Shown one piece after another: positions 1-8,692 of a stretch of 61,244 nt of DNA. Source of the stretch: a virus. Its lineage: Duplodnaviria > Caudoviricetes. Position 1 is the stretch's first letter. Each line of letters begins with the position of its first letter. The notes under the pieces are model-generated. The model had not been told where the DNA came from. It ran no database searches and saw only the letters and a list, made by a program, of their open reading frames with translations. The stretch spans positions 1-61,244 of the IMG/VR virus record IMGVR_UViG_3300021335_001271; one strand, written 5' to 3'. A program made the position numbers and the translations under genes.

Positions 1-2
1 AC

Positions 3-695
3 TTTGTAGATAGTGTTGCACCTACACTAGAACGACTGTATATGACAGGTGGCGAACCTACACTTATACAAGCAAACCAATATGTGCTAGATAAACTTGT
101 AGAAACAGGTAATACAAAATGTCATGTTGCCTGGACTACAAATATGACCACATGGCCTGAAGGATTTTATGATAAACTGGATTTCTTTGATTCAAGCGAA
201 GTACAGATGAGCATAGACGGATATGGTGATCACAACATGTATATACGCTATCCTACAGATTGGAACAAGGTAGAAGAAAACTTTGCCAAAGCAATGACAT
301 TACCTACAAATGTAGAACTAAAAATATACTTTGTGTATCAAGCATGGAATGTGTTTGATGTTGCACCGTTGATCAAATGGTTAGAAAGCACACAAACAAG
401 ACGTGTTGATTTTGTTCCTATATTTTTAGAGCATCCAGATCAAATACACAGTTGCGTATGGCCTGACGATATTAAACACAAAGCACTCGACGATTTAAGA
501 ATGTTAAAAACACATATGCATAAAGATCCTGTTCAAAGAATCATTAACTACACACAGAATACCAATAAATATTCTGTAGAAAATATTAACAAAATGCGTC
601 AATTTATATCAATAAATGACAAATATAGAAAACACAAGTTTGGTGATGTGTTTCCGTTTTTAGATTATGTATTGGAAACTTCATGCAAGATATAA
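3..695 (+). CDS. Radical SAM protein, 5'-truncated by the window edge
   Basis: Frame is open from position 3 (FVDSVAPTLERLYMTGGEP). Has the GGEP, TTN and SIDG..YIRYP motifs shared with 1656..2993. The CxxxCxxC motif lies outside the window. Confidence 0.85.
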   Translation, partial: FVDSVAPTLERLYMTGGEPTLIQANQYVLDKLVETGNTKCHVAWTTNMTTWPEGFYDKLDFFDSSEVQMSIDGYGDHNMYIRYPTDWNKVEENFAKAMTLPTNVELKIYFVYQAWNVFDVAPLIKWLESTQTRRVDFVPIFLEHPDQIHSCVWPDDIKHKALDDLRMLKTHMHKDPVQRIINYTQNTNKYSVENINKMRQFISINDKYRKHKFGDVFPFLDYVLETSCKI

Positions 696-1675
696 AGGCT
701 ATTATTCCAGCCAAAGACAAATGGGTAAGTCTAGTATGGCAAGTTAATGACTGGTGTAACTTCCGTTGCACATATTGTAGTGAATGGAACTGGGCAGGAC
801 GCAACAAGAATGATAGTGACATTCCGCTAATTGTAAATACGCTAGAACGTATAATGTTACACTACAAAGCCAAAGGATACAAATATTTTAAACTGTATCT
901 CAGTGGTGGCGAACCTACGTTTTGGAAAGCATTAATTCCTGTTGTGGAAAAGTTTAGAGAACATGCAGAGTGGCCAGGCAGTTGTGTAGGTATTAACACC
1001 AACTTCAGCAAGCCGCTCAGTTGGTGGAAAGAAAACCATCACTTGTTTGAAGATATTGTTGCAAGTTATCATGCAGAGTGGAGTAAAGACGACAAGTATA
1101 TAGAAGTGTATAAGTTTTTACAAGACAAAAAAAATTATTTGTGCAGCAGAATAATGATGCATCACAATCATTTCCAACAGTGTATTGACTTTGGCAATAG
1201 AATCAAAGAAGAATGTGACAACTACATGATTGAGTATGCACCAGTGTATGATGAATTACGTCCTAGTACAGATCCATATCACTATGAAGAACAATGGCAA
1301 ATGGACTTTTTTAAAACAAACAGCACAGTGCAGCAGCAAAGCATTCCTATCAAGAAAGAGCCGAGCTATGCATGGGCAAAAACTTGGTTTCAAGATGATA
1401 CAATAGAACCTATCAACACCAATAGTATTATTACAGAAGGCAAAAACTTCTTTCAAGGTTGGCTTTGTAATATACACGAAAGTTTGCATATACACCCTAA
1501 CGGACGCATACAACAAGCAAGCTGTGGTGTAGGTCCTATTGTGGGTAACATTGTGCAAGGCGAGTTTAACACAACAATGAGTGACGGTGTGTGGTGTCCA
1601 AAGTCACATTGTCACTGTGCAGCAGATTTTAACATTAGTAAAGCAAGGCCAGAGTATGCAGACAAAATTAGATAA
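683..1675 (+). CDS. Radical SAM protein with C-terminal Cys-rich (SPASM/Twitch-like) domain
   Basis: CNFRCTYC, SGGEPT, NTN; C-terminal C...SC...CPKSHCHC. Confidence 0.9.
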   Translation: MQDIKAIIPAKDKWVSLVWQVNDWCNFRCTYCSEWNWAGRNKNDSDIPLIVNTLERIMLHYKAKGYKYFKLYLSGGEPTFWKALIPVVEKFREHAEWPGSCVGINTNFSKPLSWWKENHHLFEDIVASYHAEWSKDDKYIEVYKFLQDKKNYLCSRIMMHHNHFQQCIDFGNRIKEECDNYMIEYAPVYDELRPSTDPYHYEEQWQMDFFKTNSTVQQQSIPIKKEPSYAWAKTWFQDDTIEPINTNSIITEGKNFFQGWLCNIHESLHIHPNGRIQQASCGVGPIVGNIVQGEFNTTMSDGVWCPKSHCHCAADFNISKARPEYADKIR

Positions 1676-2993
1676 ATTACCAAAAAATTATTGCTATCTT
1701 GCTAACCAAGGATTTAGTAGTCATCCACATGGTCGTAGTCGTCCATGTTGCTTTAGTATGGTAGGTACAAATAGTTTTATGCCTGGTGTTAAAATTGACA
1801 ACATTCGTGAATGGGAACATCATAATAATAGTAACAGCGATACTTTAGCACAGTTTGTAAATGATCCTCAAATAAAAAAAATACGCAAGCAATTAATTAA
1901 CAATGAAGTGCCAGACGGGTGTCGCAGTTGCTTTGGTTTAGAAGAACAAGGTATCCGTAGTTTTAGACAAACGTGGAATGAAATATATGAAGATCATATA
2001 GACGAAACTCTACAACATTTGCAGCCAGACGGCACAATTGATCAAAAAGCAATTACCTATTTGGATATCAGTTTAGGGAATGTGTGCAACTTAAAATGTC
2101 GTAGTTGCAATCCTTGGGCAAGTCATAGATGGATAGAAGAAGGTCCTACAGTACCACACACTGATTGGGATGAAACAGCATATAAAATTGCAGAACTTAG
2201 CAGTAAGGACCCTTGGTTTGTACGTGCATTTGCAGAAGGTTATTTTGATGATGTATTGCCAAATGTGCGTGTGATTAATTTTGTTGGTGGCGAGCCGCTT
2301 GTGGTAGAAGAACACTATGCTTGGCTTGAACATATTATTGAACAAGGATGGAGCAAGAACATTGAGCTACATTATAATACAAATGCTACAACAATACCAG
2401 ATAGACTGCTAAACATTTGGGACAAGTTTCGTGGCGTAATATTAAGTCTAAGTATTGATGCTATTGGTGATCTTGCATATTATGTACGACATCCTAGCAA
2501 ATGGAAAATTGTAGAACGTAATGTGCAAAAATTAAAAGAGTTCAGTGCTACACGACACGGTGTTTTAGTTCATACACATGTCACACTGAGTGTATTAAAC
2601 ATTCATGATTTACCAAATATATTAGATTGGTGTAAAAAACAATATGATGAATGGCACTATACATGGGCTTGGGGTAACTTTGGATATCAAAATTGCCTAC
2701 CACATTTTAATATTGTAGAAAATCCATATAACATGCATTTGCGTAATTTGCCACAAGAACGCAAAGACTTGATGAATGAAATGCTAGAAGAACAGTATGA
2801 GAGATTTAAGTCAGCAGACTTGCCAGAGTGGGAACAATGGGCAGTGGAAAACATTATAGGTTTAAAAAATATAATTAATCAACAATCAGATGAAAATGGT
2901 TGGCAGCATTTTATCGACAATACACATGCCAGTGATAAATTTAGGAAACTGGACATACACAATTATATTCCTTGGATGAAGGAGTACTTTTGA
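1656..2993 (+). CDS. Radical SAM protein with N-terminal Twitch-like Cys domain
   Basis: N-terminal C..PCC...CRSC, then CNLKCRSC, GGEP, NTN, SIDA. Start placed at ATG 1656, overlapping the upstream gene end, rather than GTG 1581. Confidence 0.9.
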   Translation: MQTKLDKLPKNYCYLANQGFSSHPHGRSRPCCFSMVGTNSFMPGVKIDNIREWEHHNNSNSDTLAQFVNDPQIKKIRKQLINNEVPDGCRSCFGLEEQGIRSFRQTWNEIYEDHIDETLQHLQPDGTIDQKAITYLDISLGNVCNLKCRSCNPWASHRWIEEGPTVPHTDWDETAYKIAELSSKDPWFVRAFAEGYFDDVLPNVRVINFVGGEPLVVEEHYAWLEHIIEQGWSKNIELHYNTNATTIPDRLLNIWDKFRGVILSLSIDAIGDLAYYVRHPSKWKIVERNVQKLKEFSATRHGVLVHTHVTLSVLNIHDLPNILDWCKKQYDEWHYTWAWGNFGYQNCLPHFNIVENPYNMHLRNLPQERKDLMNEMLEEQYERFKSADLPEWEQWAVENIIGLKNIINQQSDENGWQHFIDNTHASDKFRKLDIHNYIPWMKEYF

Positions 2994-3535
2994 AACTTGT
3001 TAGTTTTGGTGATGAATATACAAAAGATGTTGCAAACAACCTAGCAAATAGTTTAGGTTTTGAGTTTTGCGATTTGTCAAAACATGATACATGTAATCAA
3101 CAGATATTTAGAGATGTAATTGATTTTAGTGCTGACGATCTAAAAAATGTTTTTATACTAATAGGATGGACACACAGTAAAAGGTTAGAAATACATTGGA
3201 AAGAAACATTTACATATAGGCCAGATGTAAATGAATACATTGACAATGGTATTAATAGTTTGCATAGATTTGACGACATACTGTTCAACGATATTTTATT
3301 AACACAGCATTGGGCAAGCGAAGCATACACACTACAACAAGTTTTAACATCTAAGAATACGAAATATTACATGTATAACACACAAGACTGCATGTACTAT
3401 AATGAAAAAACAAAACATTATATAGATAGCTTGTGTAGAGTACATTATCATAATCCTGTGAATTTACAAAGCAGTATCAAATATCAAAAAGAGGATTTTT
3501 TACTGGGTAAAATTCATGCAGGAGGTATATTATGA
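2990..3535 (+). CDS. SGNH-hydrolase-like protein (degenerate)
   Basis: TTG start overlaps the upstream TGA. KLVSFGDE aligns with block I of the neighbours (catalytic Ser replaced). IGWT..R.E motif is shared with the two paralogues. Confidence 0.55.
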   Translation: MKLVSFGDEYTKDVANNLANSLGFEFCDLSKHDTCNQQIFRDVIDFSADDLKNVFILIGWTHSKRLEIHWKETFTYRPDVNEYIDNGINSLHRFDDILFNDILLTQHWASEAYTLQQVLTSKNTKYYMYNTQDCMYYNEKTKHYIDSLCRVHYHNPVNLQSSIKYQKEDFLLGKIHAGGIL

Positions 3536-4257
3536 AATATCTTGTTGCATTTGGTTGTAGTCATACCAACGGTAGTATGCTTGATGGCACAGCAGGTAGC
3601 AGTTACGAAAATACACAAAGATCGTTTGGTGGCATATTGGCTAAACGTCATGGATACAAATTTTACAATATTAGCAAGCCGGGCGGCAGTAATGCATATA
3701 TTCATAGATGTGTTGTTGAATACATAACTCATTACATGGATAAAGATACGCCTCAACTGTTCCTAATCAATTGGACCAGCAGACCACGCATGGAATATAG
3801 ATATCCCGAAGATACTCATGTGCATGATACCTACGGTGATTTTGTAGATAAAAAGTCTGTGCCTTTTACTGTGGGCAGCAATCCTAGTTTATTTCATGAT
3901 AATAGATACGGACAATTACAAACATATTCGCCGTATTTTTTAGATCCTGATATCAACAGTATGAGATGGGCTACTTGGGCTTATGGACTACAGTGTATGC
4001 TAGATCATATGCGTATTCCATACTTGATGACAAATACTTGCGAAGGTATGCCTGTTATACCAGGTAATGAAAAAATTGTAGATAAACTAAATTTACAAAA
4101 GTACATAGATCCTTTTGATTATAATCAATGCATGTTAGGTTATCTCACTGCAAAAGGATATAAAAAAACAACGTGTTGGCATTTTAGAGAAGATGGGCAT
4201 TTAGCATGGGCAAAAAAACTTGATAAACACTTGAAGGAGTTAGGTTATGTTGAATAG
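3532..4257 (+). CDS. SGNH/GDSL-like hydrolase or acyltransferase
   Basis: AFGCSHTNG (block I), GGSN (block II), INWTS.PR.E, C-terminal WHF..DGH..WA. Confidence 0.75.
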   Translation: MKYLVAFGCSHTNGSMLDGTAGSSYENTQRSFGGILAKRHGYKFYNISKPGGSNAYIHRCVVEYITHYMDKDTPQLFLINWTSRPRMEYRYPEDTHVHDTYGDFVDKKSVPFTVGSNPSLFHDNRYGQLQTYSPYFLDPDINSMRWATWAYGLQCMLDHMRIPYLMTNTCEGMPVIPGNEKIVDKLNLQKYIDPFDYNQCMLGYLTAKGYKKTTCWHFREDGHLAWAKKLDKHLKELGYVE

Positions 4258-5230
4258 ATATATTATAAATGAAAAGTTTAGATACAAAACAAACGACTTT
4301 AACTTTAGACTAGGGTTTTTGGAAGAAACAACTGTAAATAGGCAAGTATTATTCACAAGAATAGATCATTGGAAAAATGTGTTGTTGAGATATTGCGGAG
4401 TACATGCAGGGCAGTCGTTAATGATACATATGAATCAAAACAGTCTTGATGTTTTTGCAATTTATTTTGCAGCAATAGAATGTGATATAAATCTAGTGGA
4501 TTGCAACCCAGATATTATAATTCATAATCTAGCTGATACAGAACTTGAAACACTGCAATTTAACAAGACAAAAAATTATAATTATTTTGACTTAGCTGAT
4601 ATAAAATTCACAGGAAACATCGATTATCAACAACAGGGAACGGCAACTGTTTATGGCAGTATTCAAAACGACTTGCCAAACAAAGTCGATGTAAATGGAA
4701 ATGTTTTACATACCAAATATAAAAATAGCATGTTATTCAAAAATTTCTTTTTACCCAGTCTAAATCAAAAAGTAGAAGCGCACTTTGCTTTAGGATACAA
4801 TGATTTAAATTTAGGATTAGATAAAATTGCCCATATTGTACAGAAATGTGCGATAGATTGTATAGTACTTCCTCATATTCAAGCAGTTTGTGTTTTACAA
4901 AATTGTTGTTCTAAAAGGAATATAGATACATCAAATTTAAAAATATTTTATGCGCAAAACGACTATCTAGTACAAAATAACAATGTTGATTATATCGATC
5001 AGTACAGTGATATCCCCGAAATGTTTCATTTAAATGGAAAGATATTACAAGACAATGAAAAATTATATTTTCAATTTTTTTCAAAAACAGATCCAGCAGT
5101 AGCACAAGTAAAAATTAATTCTATAAATTCATACTTGAAAAAGAAATATGATAAAACTATTTACAAATGGGATGTGCTGGATGCCATGCTCGATTTAGAA
5201 GACACATTGGTAATGTTTAGGAATTTGTAA
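4247..5230 (+). CDS. Hypothetical protein resembling a degenerate AMP-binding (adenylate-forming) enzyme
   Basis: N-terminal RIDHWKNVLLRYCGVHAGQSLMIHMNQNSLDVFAIYFAA resembles the acyl-CoA synthetase N-terminal region. No TSGTTG P-loop seen. Very AT-rich. Confidence 0.4.
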   Translation: MLNRYIINEKFRYKTNDFNFRLGFLEETTVNRQVLFTRIDHWKNVLLRYCGVHAGQSLMIHMNQNSLDVFAIYFAAIECDINLVDCNPDIIIHNLADTELETLQFNKTKNYNYFDLADIKFTGNIDYQQQGTATVYGSIQNDLPNKVDVNGNVLHTKYKNSMLFKNFFLPSLNQKVEAHFALGYNDLNLGLDKIAHIVQKCAIDCIVLPHIQAVCVLQNCCSKRNIDTSNLKIFYAQNDYLVQNNNVDYIDQYSDIPEMFHLNGKILQDNEKLYFQFFSKTDPAVAQVKINSINSYLKKKYDKTIYKWDVLDAMLDLEDTLVMFRNL

Positions 5231-6003
5231 TGCGAGTAGTATATAGCGACGGATGCAGTTTAATGGCAGGCGCAGAACATGAATCATGGCTTGTAAATTC
5301 AGACACAGGTTATGAGGAATGTGATACTACATGGAGTGCTGTTTTACAAAAAAGATATTTTCCTGATGCAGAATTTATGAGCAGAGCCGCTACAGCAACT
5401 AGTAATTTTAGTATAGCAAGAAGAACTCTTCACTATGTAAATGAATTGTTAAAGGAATATGATGCAAGTGATATACTTGTGTGTATAATGTGGACCAGCA
5501 TTTATAGAAAAGAATTTAGAACTAGCAAAGGCTATTTTAGCACTCTTCCTACTGACAATTCAGTAAGTTTTAAACAAAAGCCAGCAGGCGAAATTATGGA
5601 TTATAATTTAAGAAAAAATATACTTAAAGAACATAATCTTTACAACTTGGCAGATGCATATTATAGAGCACTTAATCAACCTATAAATTTTACTTTGGAT
5701 AGTATGTCACAGATTGAATATGTAAATCTATTTTTACAAAAACATGAGATAAAATCTATCCAGTGTCATGGCTTTGGTGAACACTTTTATCATTTGCAGC
5801 AAGATTCAGATGCATATTTGCAAAGTATGGCAGATCGCATAAAAAGTTTTAACATATATTACATTAATAAACGTCCGCCGCAAGGTTTTAACGAATGGGC
5901 AAATGGCTCATTCAAACTAGGGCCAGGACTACACCCATTAGAAGGCGCACACGAAATGTGGGCAAACTTGTTGGCAAAAAAATACTTGACAAGCATTACA
6001 TAA
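5230..6003 (+). CDS. SGNH/GDSL-like hydrolase or acyltransferase
   Basis: SDGCSLMAG, ATSN, IMWTS..R.E, C-terminal LHPLEGAH..WA. Confidence 0.75.
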   Translation: MRVVYSDGCSLMAGAEHESWLVNSDTGYEECDTTWSAVLQKRYFPDAEFMSRAATATSNFSIARRTLHYVNELLKEYDASDILVCIMWTSIYRKEFRTSKGYFSTLPTDNSVSFKQKPAGEIMDYNLRKNILKEHNLYNLADAYYRALNQPINFTLDSMSQIEYVNLFLQKHEIKSIQCHGFGEHFYHLQQDSDAYLQSMADRIKSFNIYYINKRPPQGFNEWANGSFKLGPGLHPLEGAHEMWANLLAKKYLTSIT

Positions 6004-6014
6004 TTTGCTATAAC
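5986..6014 (+). promoter_or_regulatory. Sigma70-type (early) promoter
   Basis: TTGACA (5986-5991), N17, TATAAC (6009-6014) with extended TG; SD AGGGAGG follows. Confidence 0.7.
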
Positions 6015-6032
6015 AAACTATAGGAGGGCAAT

Positions 6033-6554
6033 ATGGCAAACACTTGGGTTATAAGCGACACACATTTTAGACACGCAGCAATCTTGACGTTCAAGGACTA
6101 TGCTGGCAAACCACCTAGAGCAGGATTTGACAGTGTAGAGCAAATGGATGAATGCATGATGGACAACTGGAATGACATGATCAAGCCAGAAGACACTGTG
6201 TATCACTTGGGTGATGTGTTGTTTGGTGAAAACAAGTTAGACTGGATGTTACAAAACTTCAAGAAGTTGCCTGGCAAAAAATATCTTATACTTGGCAACC
6301 ACGACAATCCTAAGTTTATGGGCATGTTCTTCAAACAAATCATGTTATGGAAAGACTTTAATGGATTGATTCTAAGTCATACTCCTTTGCATCCTAGCAC
6401 ATTAGACGAGTCACACAGATTTGGTGATGGAAAGGTTCTTAACGTGCATGGACACATACACAGCAACCCTTCGCCTGAAGGTCCATACAAATGTGTATGT
6501 GTTGAGCAAACTGATTACAAACCAGTTAATTTGGATGAGTTGAGAAATGCTTGA
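6033..6554 (+). CDS. Calcineurin-like metallophosphoesterase
   Basis: SDTHF, HLGD, GNHD, SH.P and HGHIH motifs. Confidence 0.9.
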   Translation: MANTWVISDTHFRHAAILTFKDYAGKPPRAGFDSVEQMDECMMDNWNDMIKPEDTVYHLGDVLFGENKLDWMLQNFKKLPGKKYLILGNHDNPKFMGMFFKQIMLWKDFNGLILSHTPLHPSTLDESHRFGDGKVLNVHGHIHSNPSPEGPYKCVCVEQTDYKPVNLDELRNA

Positions 6555-6867
6555 TGATCACGCAGCAAAACTATTTGCAAAAAATATCAATATGATGGTG
6601 CCGTGGTATCTCATGGCATCATACGCTTACTACAAACAAGATGATGCTATCTTTTCAGACGGCTTCTTTGACGAAATGGGCAAAACAATGTTGGCCTGTT
6701 GGGATGACATTGAGCACTTCCACAAAGAATATATCACCAAAGGCGATTTGGAAGCAGGCACTTTCCTAGGCGAGTATCCGAGTCGTGTAGAAGGTGGGTT
6801 GGCAAGTTTGCGTGAAGCATACTTTACAAAAAGTGGAACGGTTCGAAAAAAGCCCAAATTAACTTGA
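6547..6867 (+). CDS. Stand-alone NAD-dependent DNA ligase subdomain Ia-like protein
   Basis: YAYYKQDDAIFSDGFFD matches the LigA Ia YY..D.P.ISD..YD pattern. No KxDG adenylation motif. Confidence 0.55.
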   Translation: MLDDHAAKLFAKNINMMVPWYLMASYAYYKQDDAIFSDGFFDEMGKTMLACWDDIEHFHKEYITKGDLEAGTFLGEYPSRVEGGLASLREAYFTKSGTVRKKPKLT

Positions 6868-6892
6868 CTTTTACACTTCAATCATATATAGT
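6864..6892 (+). promoter_or_regulatory. Sigma70-type promoter
   Basis: TTGACT, N17, TATAGT. Confidence 0.7.
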
Positions 6893-6915
6893 ACAATAAA
6901 GCATAGGAGAACACA

Positions 6916-7116
6916 ATGTCTAAGTATGGTCCTAAAGTTTATGCTAGTGATTTTATAAAAACAAAAAATCATTGGGCAGTTGGTGTAATTTGGAATGCAG
7001 AAGGCAGCAAGGGTACTTATAATATTGAAATGAAAGATAATGGATTTACTTGTGATTGTCCAGCGTTCAAAAAATGCAAACACATAAAAGCAGTTGAGGA
7101 GGGCTTTAATGGCTAG
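6916..7116 (+). CDS. SWIM zinc-finger protein
   Basis: CDCPAFKKCKH (CxC-xn-CxH); SD AGGAG. Confidence 0.75.
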   Translation: MSKYGPKVYASDFIKTKNHWAVGVIWNAEGSKGTYNIEMKDNGFTCDCPAFKKCKHIKAVEEGFNG

Positions 7117-8302
7117 AGCAAGCAAAGTATCAGCAAAACCTAAAAAGAAAACAGTTCGTTTAAAGCGTAGGGCAAGCCTTTGGGAACTAATGCCAACTAA
7201 CAAAGGTTGGCTTGGAGCTCACTATTATGTGCATTATGAAATCGAATCAAAGGATTGGCTCAATGTATGCAAAAACTATATTAAAAAGAAATACGACAAG
7301 AAGATTGTTGCTGCTATTAATAAGCTACCAGACTGGAAGGTTGGCGGGAAGAGCCATTATGCACTTGCTGCTTATTGTGAGGAACATCACCCGCATTTGA
7401 TTCCAGACTATTATGCAGGTAAATTTGATAAATGGGTAATGGGTTTGGCAGAAGAAGGTGCGAAAGTTGTAGAGCAAAAGAAAGCAGAAGAAAAAGAAAA
7501 AAAGAATGTGTATGTGCCAAGCATACAAGAACGTATTCGTGATCAAGCAATTGAAGCATGTGATGCTATTGAGGAATGGCTTGATGGATTTATTACAAAC
7601 AAAAAAGATTTTAATCCTAAAGGATTTGATTTTGTTAGCCATTTTGCAAAATATAAAGTTAGTCAAGCTCATGCAAGAAAAATCAAAGGATTGTATGCAG
7701 GAGAACTTGAAGAAGCAAGACTGATACAAAATCTTCCTACTCCAGGTGAAATCAAACGTTGCAAAGACGAGCGTGAAGCTGATATGATGCAACAGTTACG
7801 TGAAGGATACGGACACCTAACCAAGAAAGATACCAAAACATATTTGGAAGCATTAGAGACGCTACACGGTGCTTGTGACGTTGTTATAGATGCCGCTAAA
7901 GCAAGTCGTAAGCCTCGTGCAAAGAAAGCACCAAGTAAAGAAAAATTGATTGCAAAACTAAAGTATCTTGAGCGTGATGATAAACTACAATTGGTTAGTG
8001 TTAATCCACTTGAAATTATTGATGCTAAAGAAGTCTGGGTGTATAATATTAAAACACGCAAGTTAGGAAAATATGTTGCAGCAGATCATGCAACTATACA
8101 AGTGAAAGGTGCCGGATTACAATTTTATGACGAAAAAACCAGCATTCAAAAAACACTGCGTAAGCCAAACGAAACACTCAAAGAGTTTAAGAAAGCAGGT
8201 AAGGTTGCCCTTCGCAAGTTTATGGATGATATTAAGACTACAGATATCAAACTAAACGGGCGTTTAAATAGTGATACTATTATACTCAAGTGTGTGAAAT
8301 AA
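7109..8302 (+). CDS. Hypothetical phage protein (basic, about 397 aa)
   Basis: Long ORF; SD GAGGAGG before ATG 7109; Lys-rich termini. Confidence 0.8.
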   Translation: MARASKVSAKPKKKTVRLKRRASLWELMPTNKGWLGAHYYVHYEIESKDWLNVCKNYIKKKYDKKIVAAINKLPDWKVGGKSHYALAAYCEEHHPHLIPDYYAGKFDKWVMGLAEEGAKVVEQKKAEEKEKKNVYVPSIQERIRDQAIEACDAIEEWLDGFITNKKDFNPKGFDFVSHFAKYKVSQAHARKIKGLYAGELEEARLIQNLPTPGEIKRCKDEREADMMQQLREGYGHLTKKDTKTYLEALETLHGACDVVIDAAKASRKPRAKKAPSKEKLIAKLKYLERDDKLQLVSVNPLEIIDAKEVWVYNIKTRKLGKYVAADHATIQVKGAGLQFYDEKTSIQKTLRKPNETLKEFKKAGKVALRKFMDDIKTTDIKLNGRLNSDTIILKCVK

Positions 8303-8309
8303 ATATATT

Positions 8310-8615
8310 ATGACATTAGAACAACTTGAACGACAGGTGCTGTTGTGGAACAAAGCTGCCATACTAGCACCTATTTTTTTTACTGGCCTGCTTATGGTCG
8401 CTTGGCTATTGAGTTTTTGTAGCACACAAACACTGTTCTTCATTGCCTGTGGATTGTATTTTCTTACAGCAATTATTTGGTGGTGGTGGACTATGAAAAG
8501 CATACATCTATTGGTTAAAACACTTACCAGCACAAGAGAAGGTGTGGTAGAAGTAGCCCAAGAACTTAAAAGTATTCGAGAAGAACTAAGTGTTGACAAC
8601 TTCCAAGATAAGTAG
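8310..8615 (+). CDS. Small membrane protein (2 TM plus coiled coil)
   Basis: Two hydrophobic stretches; preceded by ATAAATA (8299-8305), no SD. Confidence 0.7.
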   Translation: MTLEQLERQVLLWNKAAILAPIFFTGLLMVAWLLSFCSTQTLFFIACGLYFLTAIIWWWWTMKSIHLLVKTLTSTREGVVEVAQELKSIREELSVDNFQDK

Positions 8616-8621
8616 TATATT
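8593..8621 (+). promoter_or_regulatory. Sigma70-type promoter of queD
   Basis: TTGACA (8593-8598), N17, TATATT (8616-8621). Confidence 0.75.
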
Positions 8622-8629
8622 ATTAGTAC

Positions 8630-8687
8630 AGTGGACTATGTGTTCGACCCACTATAAATATTCCGCACACTCCAGTAGCCGAGGAGT
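8630..8687 (+). ncRNA. Candidate cis-regulatory RNA (preQ1-I-like H-type pseudoknot plus anti-SD hairpin) in the queD leader
   Basis: P1 AGTGG(8630-34)/CCACT(8649-53); loop TGTGT(8639-43) can pair with GCACA(8665-69); ACTCC(8669-73) pairs with the SD GGAGT(8683-87). Confidence 0.45.
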
Positions 8688-8692
8688 ATAAT

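Noticed and set aside
8630-8670. Calling the queD leader a canonical preQ1-I riboswitch
   Set aside because: The loop starts AC rather than U-rich, and the tail lacks the usual AAAAAAC-type ending. Kept only as a variant candidate.
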